64,000 nt of DNA from Octopus vulgaris. Lineage: Eukaryota. Positions 42,908-57,774 of the stretch are shown piece by piece. Position 1 is the first letter of the stretch, and each line of letters begins with the position of its first letter. The notes under the pieces are model-generated. The model was not told where the DNA came from and made no database searches. It worked only from the letters and a program-made list of their open reading frames with translations. Made by a program: the position numbers and the translations under genes. Where the stretch lies: positions 43,958,001 to 44,022,000 of the forward strand of contig OX597827.1 in the NCBI GenBank assembly GCA_951406725.2, read 5' to 3'.

Positions 42908-43050
42908 CTATAAATATATAAATATATATATATATATACATACATACATGCATACATACATACATAATTGCATACATACATACATACATACATACATAAT
43001 TGCATACATACATACATACATATATGTACACATATATATTCTTTATTTGT

Positions 43051-43234
43051 GAATTAAGGTTGCCATTAGTTTCATATTAAGAAGAGTAGGAAAATATCGT
43101 AGTATCTTAACAATTTTTCAAGCCGATCACATGGAGAATGTTGTTCGCCTCCATTTTGGAAAATAGCCTGTTTTCCCACATACTAGGATATTTTTTTACT
43201 CTTCTTAACATGAAACCAACGGTAGCCTTTATTC
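43051..43234. repeat. Imperfect inverted repeat (~55-bp arms)
   Basis: GAATTAAGGTTGCC..TTAAGAAGAGTA..TAGTAT / ATACTAG..TACTCTTCTTAA..GGTAGCCTTTATTC. Confidence 0.65.
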
Positions 43235-43690
43235 ATAAATAAAGAAATTATAAATCCACCAATGCAGTGTTGAGCACTCATTTCATCGTTCTACATTTAA
43301 GTGTTTATATATTGTAGGTCGCCGCGTGGTAAGAATGGTTCCGGATTCAATCGCACTGTATGTGTATAGCGTGTACAGTACAAGCATGTGGCCCAGTGGC
43401 TAGTGTTCGACTTCTGATCACAAGGTCGCGATTTCATACCCCGGCTCTTTACAGCAGAAAACATTTCTTTTGAAGTTGCTTCACGCATAATGAGTGCCAT
43501 CCTGGTATTGGTGTCACCCTCTCATCTATTTTGCTACCTTTGGTGTATGTATGCGTGTGAGTCACAGTTTCTTTGTCTTAACTGTTTACTCTCCAGCAAT
43601 ATCTCTCTGTCCATTTTCTCTCGACTAACCCCTACTCTCCTTCACTAAATCAATTCACTCCATTCCGAATTCTCTCTCTCTTTCTTTCTT

Positions 43691-43727
<37 letters not shown>

Positions 43728-43813
43728 CCTTTTCAGTCAGACTGTTTCTTTTATATACACCCATCTATTTGCCTATCTATCTGTCTGTCAGTCTATCTAT
43801 CTATCTATCTATG

Positions 43814-43876
<63 letters not shown>

Positions 43877-44106
43877 GTCTATCTATCTATGCCTATCTAT
43901 CTACCTACCTACCTACCTACCTACCTACCTACCTACCTATCTAGTCATCTGTCTATCTATTTATCTATCCATCCATTTACCTATCTAAATGTCTACCAAA
44001 ATATTTATTACCCTGGCTCTCTCTCTCTCTCACTCTAAATGTCTCGCTCTCTCTCTCTCTCTCGTCCTATCTTTGTTTCGCTCTCTCTCCCTCTCTTTCT
44101 CTCTCA

Positions 44107-44145
<39 letters not shown>

Positions 44146-44740
44146 AATGCACGTGAGTGTACACACACACATACACATACATACATACACACACACACAC
44201 AGCGACCCGCTTCTCCTCTCTTCTCTCACACACAACACACTACCACTCTTCACATTCTTTGTTTTTCACTTAACCTGTCTTCCAGCTTCAATTCTTCCTT
44301 CCCATTTCTCACTCTCTCTCTCTCTCTCTCGCTCTCACTCTCTTACTTTCCTTCTTTCCGTTTCTCTTTCCTTTGTTCTATCACCACCTTCCTCTCTACC
44401 CCTCCATCCACTCTTCCTCCATACTGTTCCTACCTGTGGTTCAAGTCATCAGTTAATATTGTTTGCATCCTATTGTATTCTGTTTTCTAGTGATACAGAT
44501 GTCAGCGGAAATTCCGGCGCTTTTCTTTTCAAACTTTCGCCGATTCTTACACGCACACACGCCCGCAAACACACACACGCCCGCAAACACACACACGCCC
44601 GCAAACACACACACGCCCGCAAACACACGCACGCGAACATTCATTCACACATGCATGCATACAAACGTAGGAACGTACACGTACGAATTATACATACACG
44701 CAAGCATATATGCATGTGTGTATAGGTATACATACACACG

Positions 44741-44793
<53 letters not shown>

Positions 44794-44862
44794 GTATCAT
44801 ACACATGTGCGTGTATATAAATATATATATATGTTTATGTATGTATATATATATATATGTAA

Positions 44863-44906
<44 letters not shown>

Positions 44907-45011
44907 ATACATACATATATACATATATATGTGTGTACACATATATATATATATATATACAGAGAGAGAGAGAGATGTACATATACATACATATATGTAC
45001 GTGTTTGTATG

Positions 45012-45051
<40 letters not shown>

Positions 45052-45141
45052 GTAAATACATACAGCATATACAGACGCATGCACATATACATTCCTACAG
45101 TTCAGACAGTACTTGCAAACAATAACAACAAAAATAATTAC

Positions 45142-45299
45142 GTCATCCAAGCGCTCAATAATGAATTTAATAATATCCAGTGGATTAGTAGCGAAATCCT
45201 GATGACCTTCTGTGTGAGCTCGGAAGAGCGGAACTAGCGTATCCCGACAAAGAACTGGGAGATAAACACTCCGCATTCTGTTAAGCATAGGTATGTTTC
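45142..45299 (-). CDS. Probable internal exon of an unidentified host gene ([52 protein letters not shown])
   Basis: GTTTACAG| 158 bp |GTAATT. It is unique, higher-GC sequence, open in only one frame (phase 1 in, phase 0 out), with protein-like composition. The family was not recognised. Confidence 0.6.
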
Positions 45300-45329
45300 C
45301 TGTAAACTTGAAAGGATGACAATAATGTT

Positions 45330-47170
45330 TTCAAATTTTGGCACAAGGCCAGCAATTTCGGGTGGGTGTAAATTAATTACATCGACCCCCACTGTTTCAC
45401 TGGTACTTATTTATCAACCCTGAAAGGATGAAGAGGGCAAAGTCGACCACGGCGTAATATGAACTCAGAACGTAACGACGGACGAAGTTCGGCTAAGCAT
45501 TTCGTCCGGCGTGCAAACGAGTCTGCCAGCTCAACGCCTTAAAAAGAATGGTAATATTAATATTAATATTGTCAGGCTGCAAGCTGGCAAAAACGTTAGC
45601 ACACCGGGTGAAATGCTTAACGGTATTTTGTTTGCCGTTACGTTCTGAGTTCAAATTCCGCCGAGGTCGACTTTGCCTTTCATCCTTTCGGGGTAGATAA
45701 ATTAAGTACCAGTTACGCACTGGGGTCGATGTAATCGACTTAATACCTATGTCTGTCCTTGTTTGTCCCCTCTATGTTTAGCCCCTTGTGGGTAATAAAG
45801 AAATAGGTATTTCGTCTGCCGCTACGTTCTGAGTTCAAATTCCGCAGAGGTCAACTTTGCCTTTCATCCTTTCGGAGTCGATTAAATAAGTACCAGTTAC
45901 GCACTGGGTCGATATAATCGACTTAATCCGTTTGTCTGTCCTTGTTTGTCCCCTCTGAGTGTAGCCCCTTGTGGGCAGTAAAGAAATAGGTATTTCGTCT
46001 GCCGTTACGTTCTGAGTTCAAATTCCGCCGAAGTCGACTTAACCTTTCATCCTGTATTTAGCCCCTTGTGGGCAATAAAGAAATAAGAATCGTTAGCATG
46101 ACGGCAAAACGCTTAGTGGCATTCCATCCAAATTTATGTTCTGAGTCCAAATTCCGCAGGGATTGCCTTTGCCTCTCATACTTCCGGGGTCGATAAAATA
46201 AGTACCAGTTAAGCACTGGGGTCGATGTAATCGGCTAACCGCTCCCTTGGAATTGCTGGCCAGGTGCCAAAATTCTTAATCAATATTAACATCCTGTGTA
46301 GCCGTTCATGGACTCGTGACGGTTACAGTTCATCGCATCTAGAAGGCAACGTTTGTACTTTCCAGGAACAAATAACTTTGGCTATGAATTATCTAATGAA
46401 CAAACAGGGTAGTGAAATCCTTAAATTCCCAAGAAGCAACCGTGTGCCTCAGTCATGTCACTCTTCGGTGGAGGACATATCACATGTCATTAACAGCTGT
46501 CGAAAACTGCCGTCGAGCTTCCACCTCCCAATGAGATATGATGTTGTTGCTAAAGCAACATACAACGCTATCTGCTGAAAAGACTGAATTTGAGATTTGC
46601 CTTCTGATGATAAATAGAAACACTTCTGCTATGGAATGCATGCATATATATTGAATTCAAACTTTTGGCAGAAGGACAGCAATTTCAGAAGAGGGGTATG
46701 ATCAATTACATGGACCCCAGTGCGTAACTGGTATTTATTTTATCGACCTCGAAATGATGAAAGGCAAAGTCGAACTTGGCGGAATTTGAACTCAGAACGT
46801 AAAGACGGACTAAATGTCGATAATCATTTTGCCCGGCATGCTAACGTTTCTGCCAGCTCGCTGCCTCATTGCATTCATCTATATTAACACAAGGATTATT
46901 AACAGAACATGAGGTGTCAAGTTGGCAGACTCGTTATCACGCCAGGAAAGATGCTTAACGGCACTTCATCCGTCTTTACGTTTTGAGTTCAAATTCCGCT
47001 AAGCATTTAGTCCGGCGTGCTGACGATTCGGCCAGCTCGCCCCCTCAAAAGAATGGTAGTATTAACATTAATATTAACAGGCTGCAAGCTTGCAGAATCG
47101 TTGGCACGTTGGCAAAATGCTTAGTGGCATTCCATCCAAATTTATAGTCTGAGTCCAAACTTCACAAAAT
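45330..47170. mobile_element. Cluster of SINE family B copies in both orientations, including a ~183-bp tandem array (45622-46087)
   Basis: Repeated GGTATTTCGTCTGCCGTTACGTTCTGAGTTCAAATTCCGC..GCCCCTTGTGGG(C/T)A(A/G)TAAAGAAATA units. Confidence 0.85.
46330..46640 (+). pseudogene. Decayed RLE-LINE zinc-knuckle fragment homologous to 53360-53660
   Basis: SHLEG.V...QEQI and EDISHVINSC..L....HLPMRYDVVAK are similar to the 53.4-kb region. Confidence 0.65.
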
Positions 47171-47282
47171 TCTAGTTGGAATTTGGCGGAATTTGGACTC
47201 AGAATATATGTGTATATATGTGTATATACGTGTATACACAGAATATATGTGTATATAAGTGTCTTTACACATATATACACGT

Positions 47283-47405
47283 ACACTCAGACATACTTTG
47301 AGTACAAAATAGCATGAAGCAACACTGAAATAAATGTACATATTAGAATACTAGTGAGCCTATTTGTAATAGGAAATTATAGTAATGTTAACACATTATG
47401 TATGT

Positions 47406-47469
<64 letters not shown>

Positions 47470-47640
47470 GTATATATATGAATGTATGTCTTATCTATAT
47501 ATTCATATTAATATATACAGATATACACGCACACTCAGACGTACATTGGGTACAAAATAGCATGAAGCAGCACGGAAATAGATCTACATATTAGAATATT
47601 AGAAAGCATTGCTGTGATAGGAAATTATAATAATGTAACA
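47283..47640 (+). repeat. Diverged ~110-bp direct repeat pair separated by (GT)n
   Basis: ACACTCAGAC..GTACAAAATAGCATGAAGCA..ATAGGAAATTAT at about 47283 and 47531. Confidence 0.8.
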
Positions 47641-47646
47641 AATAAC

Positions 47647-47679
<33 letters not shown>

Positions 47680-47680
47680 C

Positions 47681-47746
<66 letters not shown>

Positions 47747-48265
47747 ATGTAACTACATATATGTGTTTGTGTGTGTGTGCGTGCGTGTGTATAAACGTTG
47801 TTTTGTGTTATGAATGTGTCATTGCACGTGTTTTATATATAATCTAGTTAGAAATGGTTGTACCTGCACAAACAAGTTTCACAATGCAACGTGAGTGATG
47901 TGAGTGATGTGTCATCTCTTCATATCGTCTATTAAGCTGTTGTTGAATTCATGTCAATACCACTGTGCAGTGCAGTGTATGTGCACAGACGCACACATAC
48001 ATTAATTGTCTTTACAACTTCCACACTATCACAATTTCAAAGTGTAAGTGAAATTTATGGACACCTTGTATGCACATAGATTCAAGCATACACACACACA
48101 CGCACGCACACACACAAACATAAACAAATGTATGTATGTATATATATATGTATGTATATATGTATGCATACATGTGTGGGCGTATACATGTTTGAGCGTG
48201 TGTGGTGTTCGCCTAGCTATGTTTATGAGTGTTTGATCATATACGTGTGCACTTACTGAAATGCA

Positions 48266-48375
<110 letters not shown>

Positions 48376-48453
48376 TATATACATATATACATATATACAT
48401 ATAGATATATATACATATACATATACATACATATACATATACATACATATACA

Positions 48454-48491
<38 letters not shown>

Positions 48492-48539
48492 CAGACACAT
48501 GTGTATGTACGCATGTATGTATAAATACATAGTAGCAAA

Positions 48540-48597
<58 letters not shown>

Positions 48598-49279
48598 CAT
48601 ACATGCAAACATACCATATACACATGTCTATATTCTGGCACACTCACTTGAAGGTCGATCGTTAGCTGAAGTTTAATTTTGGCTTTTCAATATAATTGTA
48701 ATGATGAAAGTTAGTGTTCTTCCTCTGTTCAGAACAGTATTATTATTCCTGTGTTCAGGAAGCAGCCGAGAGCAGCGAATTCGTTCGTCTATTGTTGACT
48801 TTTGAAAACTAAGTCTTTATATTAGATTACGCTTCGGTTATCTCTTTCCGGAGGTTTGTTTTGCCGCGTCTCACAACGTATATCAACCTACACATACATT
48901 TATAAATACATGCGTACATACAAACATAGATAAATACATACATACGTACGTACATAAATACATGTATGTATATGTACATATGTATGTATACATAGTATGT
49001 ATGAACATAGGAGGGTCTGTTAATTGCATGAGTAAACTCTGTTAATCGAAGTTTTTCATCTCACTGTATTATTATTATAGAAGAGAGACCCAAGCCGTGT
49101 TGTTTGTATTGACAATGCTGAGCGCTCTTCTTGAGACCTTGCTTTCTTGAAGCTATGTTTGAACATATAAACATGCGGTCGTTTGTTCATTGCATGCGCT
49201 AATGCAGGTCTTTCGTACACGCTTGTATATGCAGTGCATTGTAGTATACTACATACACATATATACATACATATCCACA

Positions 49280-49313
<34 letters not shown>

Positions 49314-49467
49314 GATGTATACATATACATATAGATACAAACAGAAGCTCTAATATTAGGGAATATATATAAGAAATGTGCTTGCAGATAAAGATGATAC
49401 ACAGTCGCTGACGAAGACTACAAAGAAAATCAATGCACAAACAGTATTTATCTCGTGTGTGTGTGTG

Positions 49468-49522
<55 letters not shown>

Positions 49523-49538
49523 ATGTGTGTGTCTATGT

Positions 49539-49902
49539 GGGCGCAGGCGTGGCCGGGTGGTAAGAAGCTTGCTTCCCAACCACATGGTTCCGGCTTCAGT
49601 CCCAATGCGTGGCACTTTGGACATGTGTCTTCTTCCATAGCCGGGCCTTGTCAGTGGATTTCGTAGACCGAAGCTGGATTTCAAGGTCTTTGTGAAAATT
49701 AATACAAATTTCAAGAATTTATTCTTTTATTTTTTTTACTTGTTTCAGTCATTTTACTGCAGCCAAACTGGAGCACCGTAGAACTTATTCTTTTGTAAGC
49801 CTAGTCTATTTTGCCGATCCGGTAAGTTACGGGGACGTAAACACACCAGTATTGTCAAGCAACGTTGGTGGGACAAACAGAGACACACAAACATACACAC
49901 AC

Positions 49903-49952
<50 letters not shown>

Positions 49953-50103
49953 GACGGGCTTCTTTCAATTTCCGTCTACCAAATCCACTCGCAAGGCTTT
50001 GGTTGTCCTGAGGCTATAGTAGAAGACACTTGCCGAAGATGCCCCGCAGTGGGACTGAATCAGGACCTATGTGGTTGGTAAGCAAGCTACTTACCACACA
50101 GCC
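49539..50103. mobile_element. Two SINE family A copies (plus-strand head 49539-49680; minus-strand copy 49733-50103)
   Basis: GGCGCAGGCGTGGCCGGGTGGTAAG head on the plus strand; a typical family A body on the minus strand. Confidence 0.85.
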
Positions 50104-50967
50104 TGAAGAGGATTTTTAGAAAACAAATTATTTTTGTTAAAGTTATGAAATATTTTACCAGGATGTTACTAACCTTTTTGGAAGAAGCTGTTTTCCTAGT
50201 TTGAGTGAGCGCATTCGATTAATCTTTTCAAACACGCACACACGTGTGTGTGTGTGTGTGTGTCTGCGTGCGTGCGTGTGTATGTGTGCGTGTCGAGCGT
50301 GTGTGCGTGTGCGAGCGTGTGTGCGTGTGCGAGCGTGTGTGCGCGTGTGTGTATGTGTGTGTCTGTGTGTTTGTGTGTGTGTGCGTGCCACAAAACCTCC
50401 CCAAACTAGACACCAATATCTAAGCAATGTCGAAGCCTAATTTGTGATTCTCACAAACTATGTGACCACAAACACTTTCCACTTTACATGGAAGGACATC
50501 TTAGAATAACGGGGCTAAGATATAAGAAATTCACAATCGATCATACGGTAAGTGCATTCCCATCAACAGCTGCCGAAACAGATATCACTGTGGTTTCCAC
50601 ACATGTGCAGTACCACTCAATCCAGCGGTGTCCACAGCGTTAAATATAAAAACGCTGCCTGAGAATCCTCCAGTTACAGAAGCGTAAACAAATAGTGATA
50701 ACTTATAGCTACAAATTAGTATTTATCACAGAGAACTAATTCAAAAAAAGGCCATTCAGACAATAGAGCAAACATAGACAAGTAGATACTTTTGTTTCTC
50801 CGTCAACATCATAGCAGAAATCTGATATCACACTTCAGAACAAACCTAATAACGATTAATAACGAACGGTACATTACGTAAACAACATCTTCGAAGTACG
50901 TACAAAGAAAAGGACAGGCTTAAATCAATATCTATGAAACAAGTTCAATACAAAATATATAGACCAA

Positions 50968-51020
<53 letters not shown>

Positions 51021-51329
51021 TGTGTTTATATGTATCTATCTATATATATTTATATACATGCAAAGATATAGATGGAGGGGATAATTATAATCCTAGATAT
51101 CACCTCGTTAGTATACCATGCTGGAACCTGGCGATCGTAGCATCCCAAGATCTTGTATACGCAATGCATTATAGTTTAATACACGCATACATACATACAT
51201 ACATACATACATACATACATACATACATACATACTTACATACCTACATGCATGCATATATACCTTCACTCACATATACATACATACAACATCAACCACAT
51301 GCGCCGTCAGATTGGATGGTTAACAACAA

Positions 51330-53670
51330 TAAAATGTAAAGAGAAAATGAACTTACACCTCACCAACTCTACCTGAGACAAAAATTAACGAAACTTTATG
51401 GCAACTGTTCACATCGAGCTCTTGAAGGAAAGCTAATCACTTTAAAACATGAACTTAGGACGATGAGCGAGAAACTTCGATATCGCATGTGAACTTTTGA
51501 GCTAGCCAGTATCGATCGCAAGTTTGCTTCCAACCCGCAAGCATTATACAGAGAAATGAGAAAAGAAAATATTACCATTTAGAAAGTTCCCTCCCAAGAA
51601 GATCCTCTATCATTCTGGTGAAAAATTTGGAAAGAAAAGAGGGATTCCAACCTGAATGATTCATGGTTAAATACAATTGAAAGAGAATACTGTACCAACA
51701 CTAACAGTGAAACATACAAAATTGATGCAGAAACCTTTCCTATAGCAGTAGGCAAACTGCAGAATGGGAAGGCACCTGGAAGGGACCTGATAGTTGGATA
51801 TTGGTACAAGAAGCTGACATTTTATAGAAACCAATTGATATGTATGTTCAAAAGGACTTTGGAAGGTCAGGCTGATTATGCCACATTGGCTTGCTACAGC
51901 AAGGACAAATCTTGTTACCAAACACGAAATCCCCGAGATGGTAGGAAACCACAGGCCCATTGCTTGCCTAAACATTATGTACAAACTGTACACAAGCTAC
52001 CTCAACCAATTCCTCCAGGACCATTGTGAGTCGAGCAACATTGTGACTGATGAACAGGCTGTTGTAAAGAAGGGAGTGTGGAGATATGGCGAACAACTTT
52101 TAATAAACAAAGATGTACTGTCTGAAGTAAGAAAACAACACAGAAACCTTGTGACAGTATGATTTGACTATAAGAAGGCATTCGACTCTATCCCTCATTC
52201 ATGGCTGTTAAAGTGCCTACATTTGGCTATGGTACCTACTACCTTAACTGGTGCTATAGAGAGACTTACAAAGACATGGACAACTATTCTTACCCTTGCA
52301 ACTGAGAACAGAATAATTGTTTCTAATAGTGTAGGCATTACAAAAGGAATATTCCAGGGAGATAGCCTTTCTGTACTTCTTTTCATTTTGGCACTGAATC
52401 CATTATCGTTCCTACTGCAGGAAATAAATGGCTACCTGTTAGGATCTTCAACTGCCAGAAATATCAACGTAACGCATAATTTCTTTGTAGACGATCTGAT
52501 GATTTATGCTAAAAGTGTTAACGATGCCAAAAAACAACTGGAATTAATAACAACATTTTCAGCTGATACAGGCAGGAATTTGGCCAAAATAAATGTCCAT
52601 ATTTGGTTATAGAACGAGGCAAGTCAGTGCCCCAAGCCCAAAACCTGTGCATCAACGGTCTCTCTATCTCCCACCCCCATTCCATACAAAGTATGTTACA
52701 AGTACCAAGGCATATACGAAAATGAATCATATGAAAACACTATGAAAAAAGATAGAGTGACCCGAGAATATTACACTAGACTTAGGAAAATGTGGCAGTC
52801 GGAACTCTCCTCTTACAACAAAACAATATCCCACAATGCATTTGCAATACCAGTGCTGATACCAACATTTGGGATACTTTGATATTTGATTGGTCTGTAG
52901 AAGAAATTCACTCCATAGATATCAAAACCTGCAAAATCCTGACAACAACTAGGAACTGCCACAGAAACAGTGATGTTGACAAGCTCTACCTAAAAGGAAA
53001 TGAAGGTGGTAGAGGCCTGAAATCAGCGCAGACGGCCTTCGAATGCGGTATGGCATCATAGCACCTTCTAAACGACAACAGTAGAAATAAATATATTAAC
53101 GCAGTCCTGAAAAGTGAAGTGAGCAACATTGTACGAGTTGGCAGTGAACTCCACAAGGAACATTCTCTTCCTGATGATAACCTATACAGCCCCAAAACAG
53201 CTGGGCTCTCTTACCTCATAGAAGACCTGGATGGAAAGCACTCAGCATACAAAAAGAAAAAGAAAAAAGACCCCGCATGGTTATGTTGCCCGGAAGCTTG
53301 AAGAAGACAGTAGAATTGACACGAAGCGCAGCCTCTCTTGGACACAGGACCATTACACCACATCACACTTTGAAGGCTATGTGTTTACAATCCAGGAACA
53401 TGACATTGCCACAAAGTACCTGGTGAACAAGAGAGATAGTGATGCTCTTACAATCCCAAGGTGCAACCGCATGTGTAGGCTATATCACGCTTCTGTGTAA
53501 AACATTACGCATGTGATTATCAGTTGTCCTAAAATGTCGTCACGGTACTACCTTCCTATGTAGCATGATGTTGTTGCTAAAACAATTTACAATGAAATCC
53601 GCTAAAAAGACTGTCCTGAAATAAACTTAGAAAACCCCTCTGTTATGGAATACATTCATAAACACATTCA
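51330..53670 (+). pseudogene. Old R4/Dong-clade RLE LINE (RT plus zinc knuckle) with many stops and frameshifts
   Basis: KAPGRD, NHRPIACLNIMYKL, DYKKAFDSIPHSWL, GIFQGDSLSVLLF, HNFFVDDL, EGGRGL, CRLYH..HVIISCP. Confidence 0.9.
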
Positions 53671-54206
53671 AATCCATATTCGTTCAAATGAGTCGCGGAT
53701 GTTTCTTCTGCAATCTGGAAGACCCTTAAACATGCAGATACTTAATGAATAGAAAGAAACCTTTGCCTTTGTCATGGATATCTTGCATGTTAGACAACAG
53801 TGACTCGAAGTATCCACATTGTGTGATGCCATTCAAATTAAAACGCTTCTACTTAAATAAAAATCTCAACCGAAATCTCATTATCAAATGAATAACACCG
53901 CGTCTTCTTTTTTTTTCAGTAAATATTTATTTATCTGTTTATCAGCTGAAAGCGAGCTCAAAATAACGATGAATTTTGATTTTTAACAAATGATGCATAT
54001 GGCTACAAACGTTGGTAGGAAGAACAGCCATTTAATATCAACCCCATAATAGGAGTGGCATTTTCGCGTTCCAATGGTGTAGCCTCTACGTATTTGGTTT
54101 ACATCCTATAAATAGCAGTTGACTATTTTGACAGTATAGAATATCAATTGATTCTTTGGATTTTACAGTTGTAAGAGTTAGTTAGGCAGACAGACAGAGA
54201 CAGACG

Positions 54207-54300
<94 letters not shown>

Positions 54301-54449
54301 CAATGAATAATGTAGTCTTACATTCACTGTGCCTAAACAATTTTCTTATGAATCTTACTTTGTCATTTGACAAAGGATAATGGATAATAATGTAATAATA
54401 ATGATAACAAAAATAATAATAATGATAATAATAATAATGATGACAATGG

Positions 54450-54728
54450 AAACACGGGTGTTTCGTTCAACATCCTTAAACAACCCTTATTCAAGGAGCT
54501 CTTGAGCGGGATGGGCTACACGACCAGAAGAAAATTCTAACTGGGCCCCACCTGCAAGGTCATGTGCTGATTATCTTGATATGAGACCGCCATGTCGCGC
54601 ACATATGGTTGTGATGCATGTGCCTGGTGTACCCTTATCAGACGGGTAGTCATGATGGGTGTACTGGGCTTCGTATATTTTACCCCAGTGTCACTTTGAT
54701 GGCATGCACTGCTCTCTCACTCAATAAT
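54450..54728 (+). mobile_element. Probable retroposon 3' end next to a (TAA)-rich tract
   Basis: GC-richer block ending ..GCACTGCTCTCTCACTCAATAAT after degenerate (TAA)n; family not confirmed. Confidence 0.4.
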
Positions 54729-55045
54729 ATACATATACATATATACATATATATACACACAGACATATACATACATACATACACACATACATACACACAT
54801 AGATACATACATACATACATAAATACATACATACATACATACATACATACATACATACATACATACATACATACATGCATACATACACGCATACAATGGT
54901 ATGATCATAGCTAGAAAGCCTTTAATCATATGCCTATCTGATCAGAAGTGATGTGGTTAATTAACACAAAAGATAATTATTTTCACTCACCACTGATTGG
55001 TTTCTGAATTATAACCACAGTTATATTATTATGTTATATATCATT

Positions 55046-55183
<138 letters not shown>

Positions 55184-55211
55184 GCAAATATATATATATA
55201 TATATACATGC

Positions 55212-55264
<53 letters not shown>

Positions 55265-55877
55265 TCGTATATAACAATTAAGAGCGCACATCTTTATGCC
55301 GGTCTGATGGAGTGAAATTCCAATATAATCAACCTCAAATATTGCGTGATTTTCACATGAAACAACTTACATAGAATACCGTTAGAGTGGTACAGAAACA
55401 ACTGCAACTAATAATAAAGACGAGCTAATTTCATTCTTTGTTTTCTTAATTGGAAGATAAATGTGTGTGTGTGTGTGTGTGCGTGTGTATGTGGTCGCGC
55501 GTCTGTGTTTGTGTGCGTGTGTGTGTGTTTGTGTGTGTGTGTATGTGTATGATGACAAATATTAAGAAATAGAATGAGCAAATTATTCATCTTACTACTT
55601 CCATTTACAATTGTTTCGTCATATTTTCAATATAACCAGTCTTGCATAATGATGTATTAATTGGTTCAACTATTGATTAATTTTTATATTCTATTTTGAG
55701 TATCTTCTATCACAGATGATGAAGATAATTCGTCAGAATTCTGTAATAATAATATGCTGGATTTTCAAATATTTGTCAAACGATCTGCAATTTCCAGTTT
55801 TGTCTGATAGCCAATATCCGTGGATGTGCTTAATGCGGTAAACAACAGTTATATAGATATATAGATAGCTAGCTAGC

Positions 55878-55956
<79 letters not shown>

Positions 55957-55957
55957 G

Positions 55958-55992
<35 letters not shown>

Positions 55993-56569
55993 GTTTCTTT
56001 ATTGGCCACACAGGGCTGCACACAGATGGGACAAGTTACAAGGTAGAGCTTTTCTTTTGGGGGATGAAAAAAACAAAAAACAAAAGAAAAAAAAGGGGTT
56101 GGCGTAGGTTTTCGATCAAGAGGGATCGTAAAAGGGAAGAAAAGAACAAAAAAAAATAAATAAAAAAATAAATAAATAAATAAATAAAATAAGATAGATA
56201 GATAGATAGATAGAAAAAATGGTAATCGAATACCGGAGGTAGAGGAATATGCTTTATTATTAAAACTGGAAAAAACATCTCAAAACTGCTATTCAGAATT
56301 TCACGTTCCCGTTCGTCGGACATTCTGAATCAAAATTATCCGACGAACGGAAACGTAAAACTCTGAGTAGCAGCATTTTTGTGATGTTTTTGCAACTTTA
56401 ATAATAAAGCGTATATGTATGTGTATGTGCGTGTGCATATATATACATATACCCATGTACATGTACATATATGTATATAAACACACACGCACACGTATAT
56501 ATTTTCCTCCAAATAAGTTTTTATATATATACATATATATATATATATGCATATATATGTACATATATA

Positions 56570-56609
<40 letters not shown>

Positions 56610-56879
56610 CATATCTCTATATGTACATATATGTATTATATATATATATAGATATATATATATATATATGTCTATGTATACATATATGTGTGTATGTATA
56701 TATATATATATGTATATATATATACATATATGCATATATGTATATATATACATATATACATATACATATGTATATATATATACACATATATATACATACA
56801 TATGTATGTGTGTATATGTATATATCTATATATATGTATGTATACATATGTTGTATATATATATATATATATATATATC

Positions 56880-56920
<41 letters not shown>

Positions 56921-57509
56921 ATTTCAAAATTGTACAAAACGCAGATAATCAAAGGGAACAACAAACAAGGATGTTTTCTTTGACACGCAAGAGCAATGGA
57001 AGAGCTTTTGATGTTTCGAGCCTGCGCTTTTTCTACTGAAAGTAATGAGGAGAGGAAACAGACGAAAAGAGGAGGAAAACACGGAGAGAGAGGAAAACCT
57101 TCCTGGGGTAACTGTTTAACTTAAAACTTAAAAGTTGCATTATTTCGCTAAAGCCTTCAGCTATATTATTTCCAGCTTCGGTTAAAGCCCCTAGTCGATC
57201 TTTCCTATTACTAAATATGGCTACACAAGAGTTAACGCTCCCACTTTCTTCTCAAATTTAGATAATTAAGAATAACACGAGTCAATGAACATTTGCTAAT
57301 TAGGAAAGGAAAGGGTTTGCTGAAATGAATTTGCATTTAGTGAGGCAGATTTTCCCCTCAAGGAATTCGTTAGTAAATGGTAAAGTTAATGCATCGTTGC
57401 AACTACGTTAATTATGCTTATGATCGGTTAATTACTGATTACTGTTGCCTTTCACTTTGACATTTAAGTAAAATTGACAAGTTAGTGCAGCCTAATTTAG
57501 ATAAATAGA

Positions 57510-57556
<47 letters not shown>

Positions 57557-57572
57557 GTAGGCAGATATATAA

Positions 57573-57655
<83 letters not shown>

Positions 57656-57674
57656 GACAGACAGACCGAATGAT

Positions 57675-57743
<69 letters not shown>

Positions 57744-57774
57744 CAAACAGCCAGACTGATAGATAGATAGATTT

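Noticed and set aside
45622-46087. Repeat array considered as CRISPR
   Set aside because: The units are ~183-bp SINE bodies with no unique spacers and no cas genes, in a eukaryotic context.
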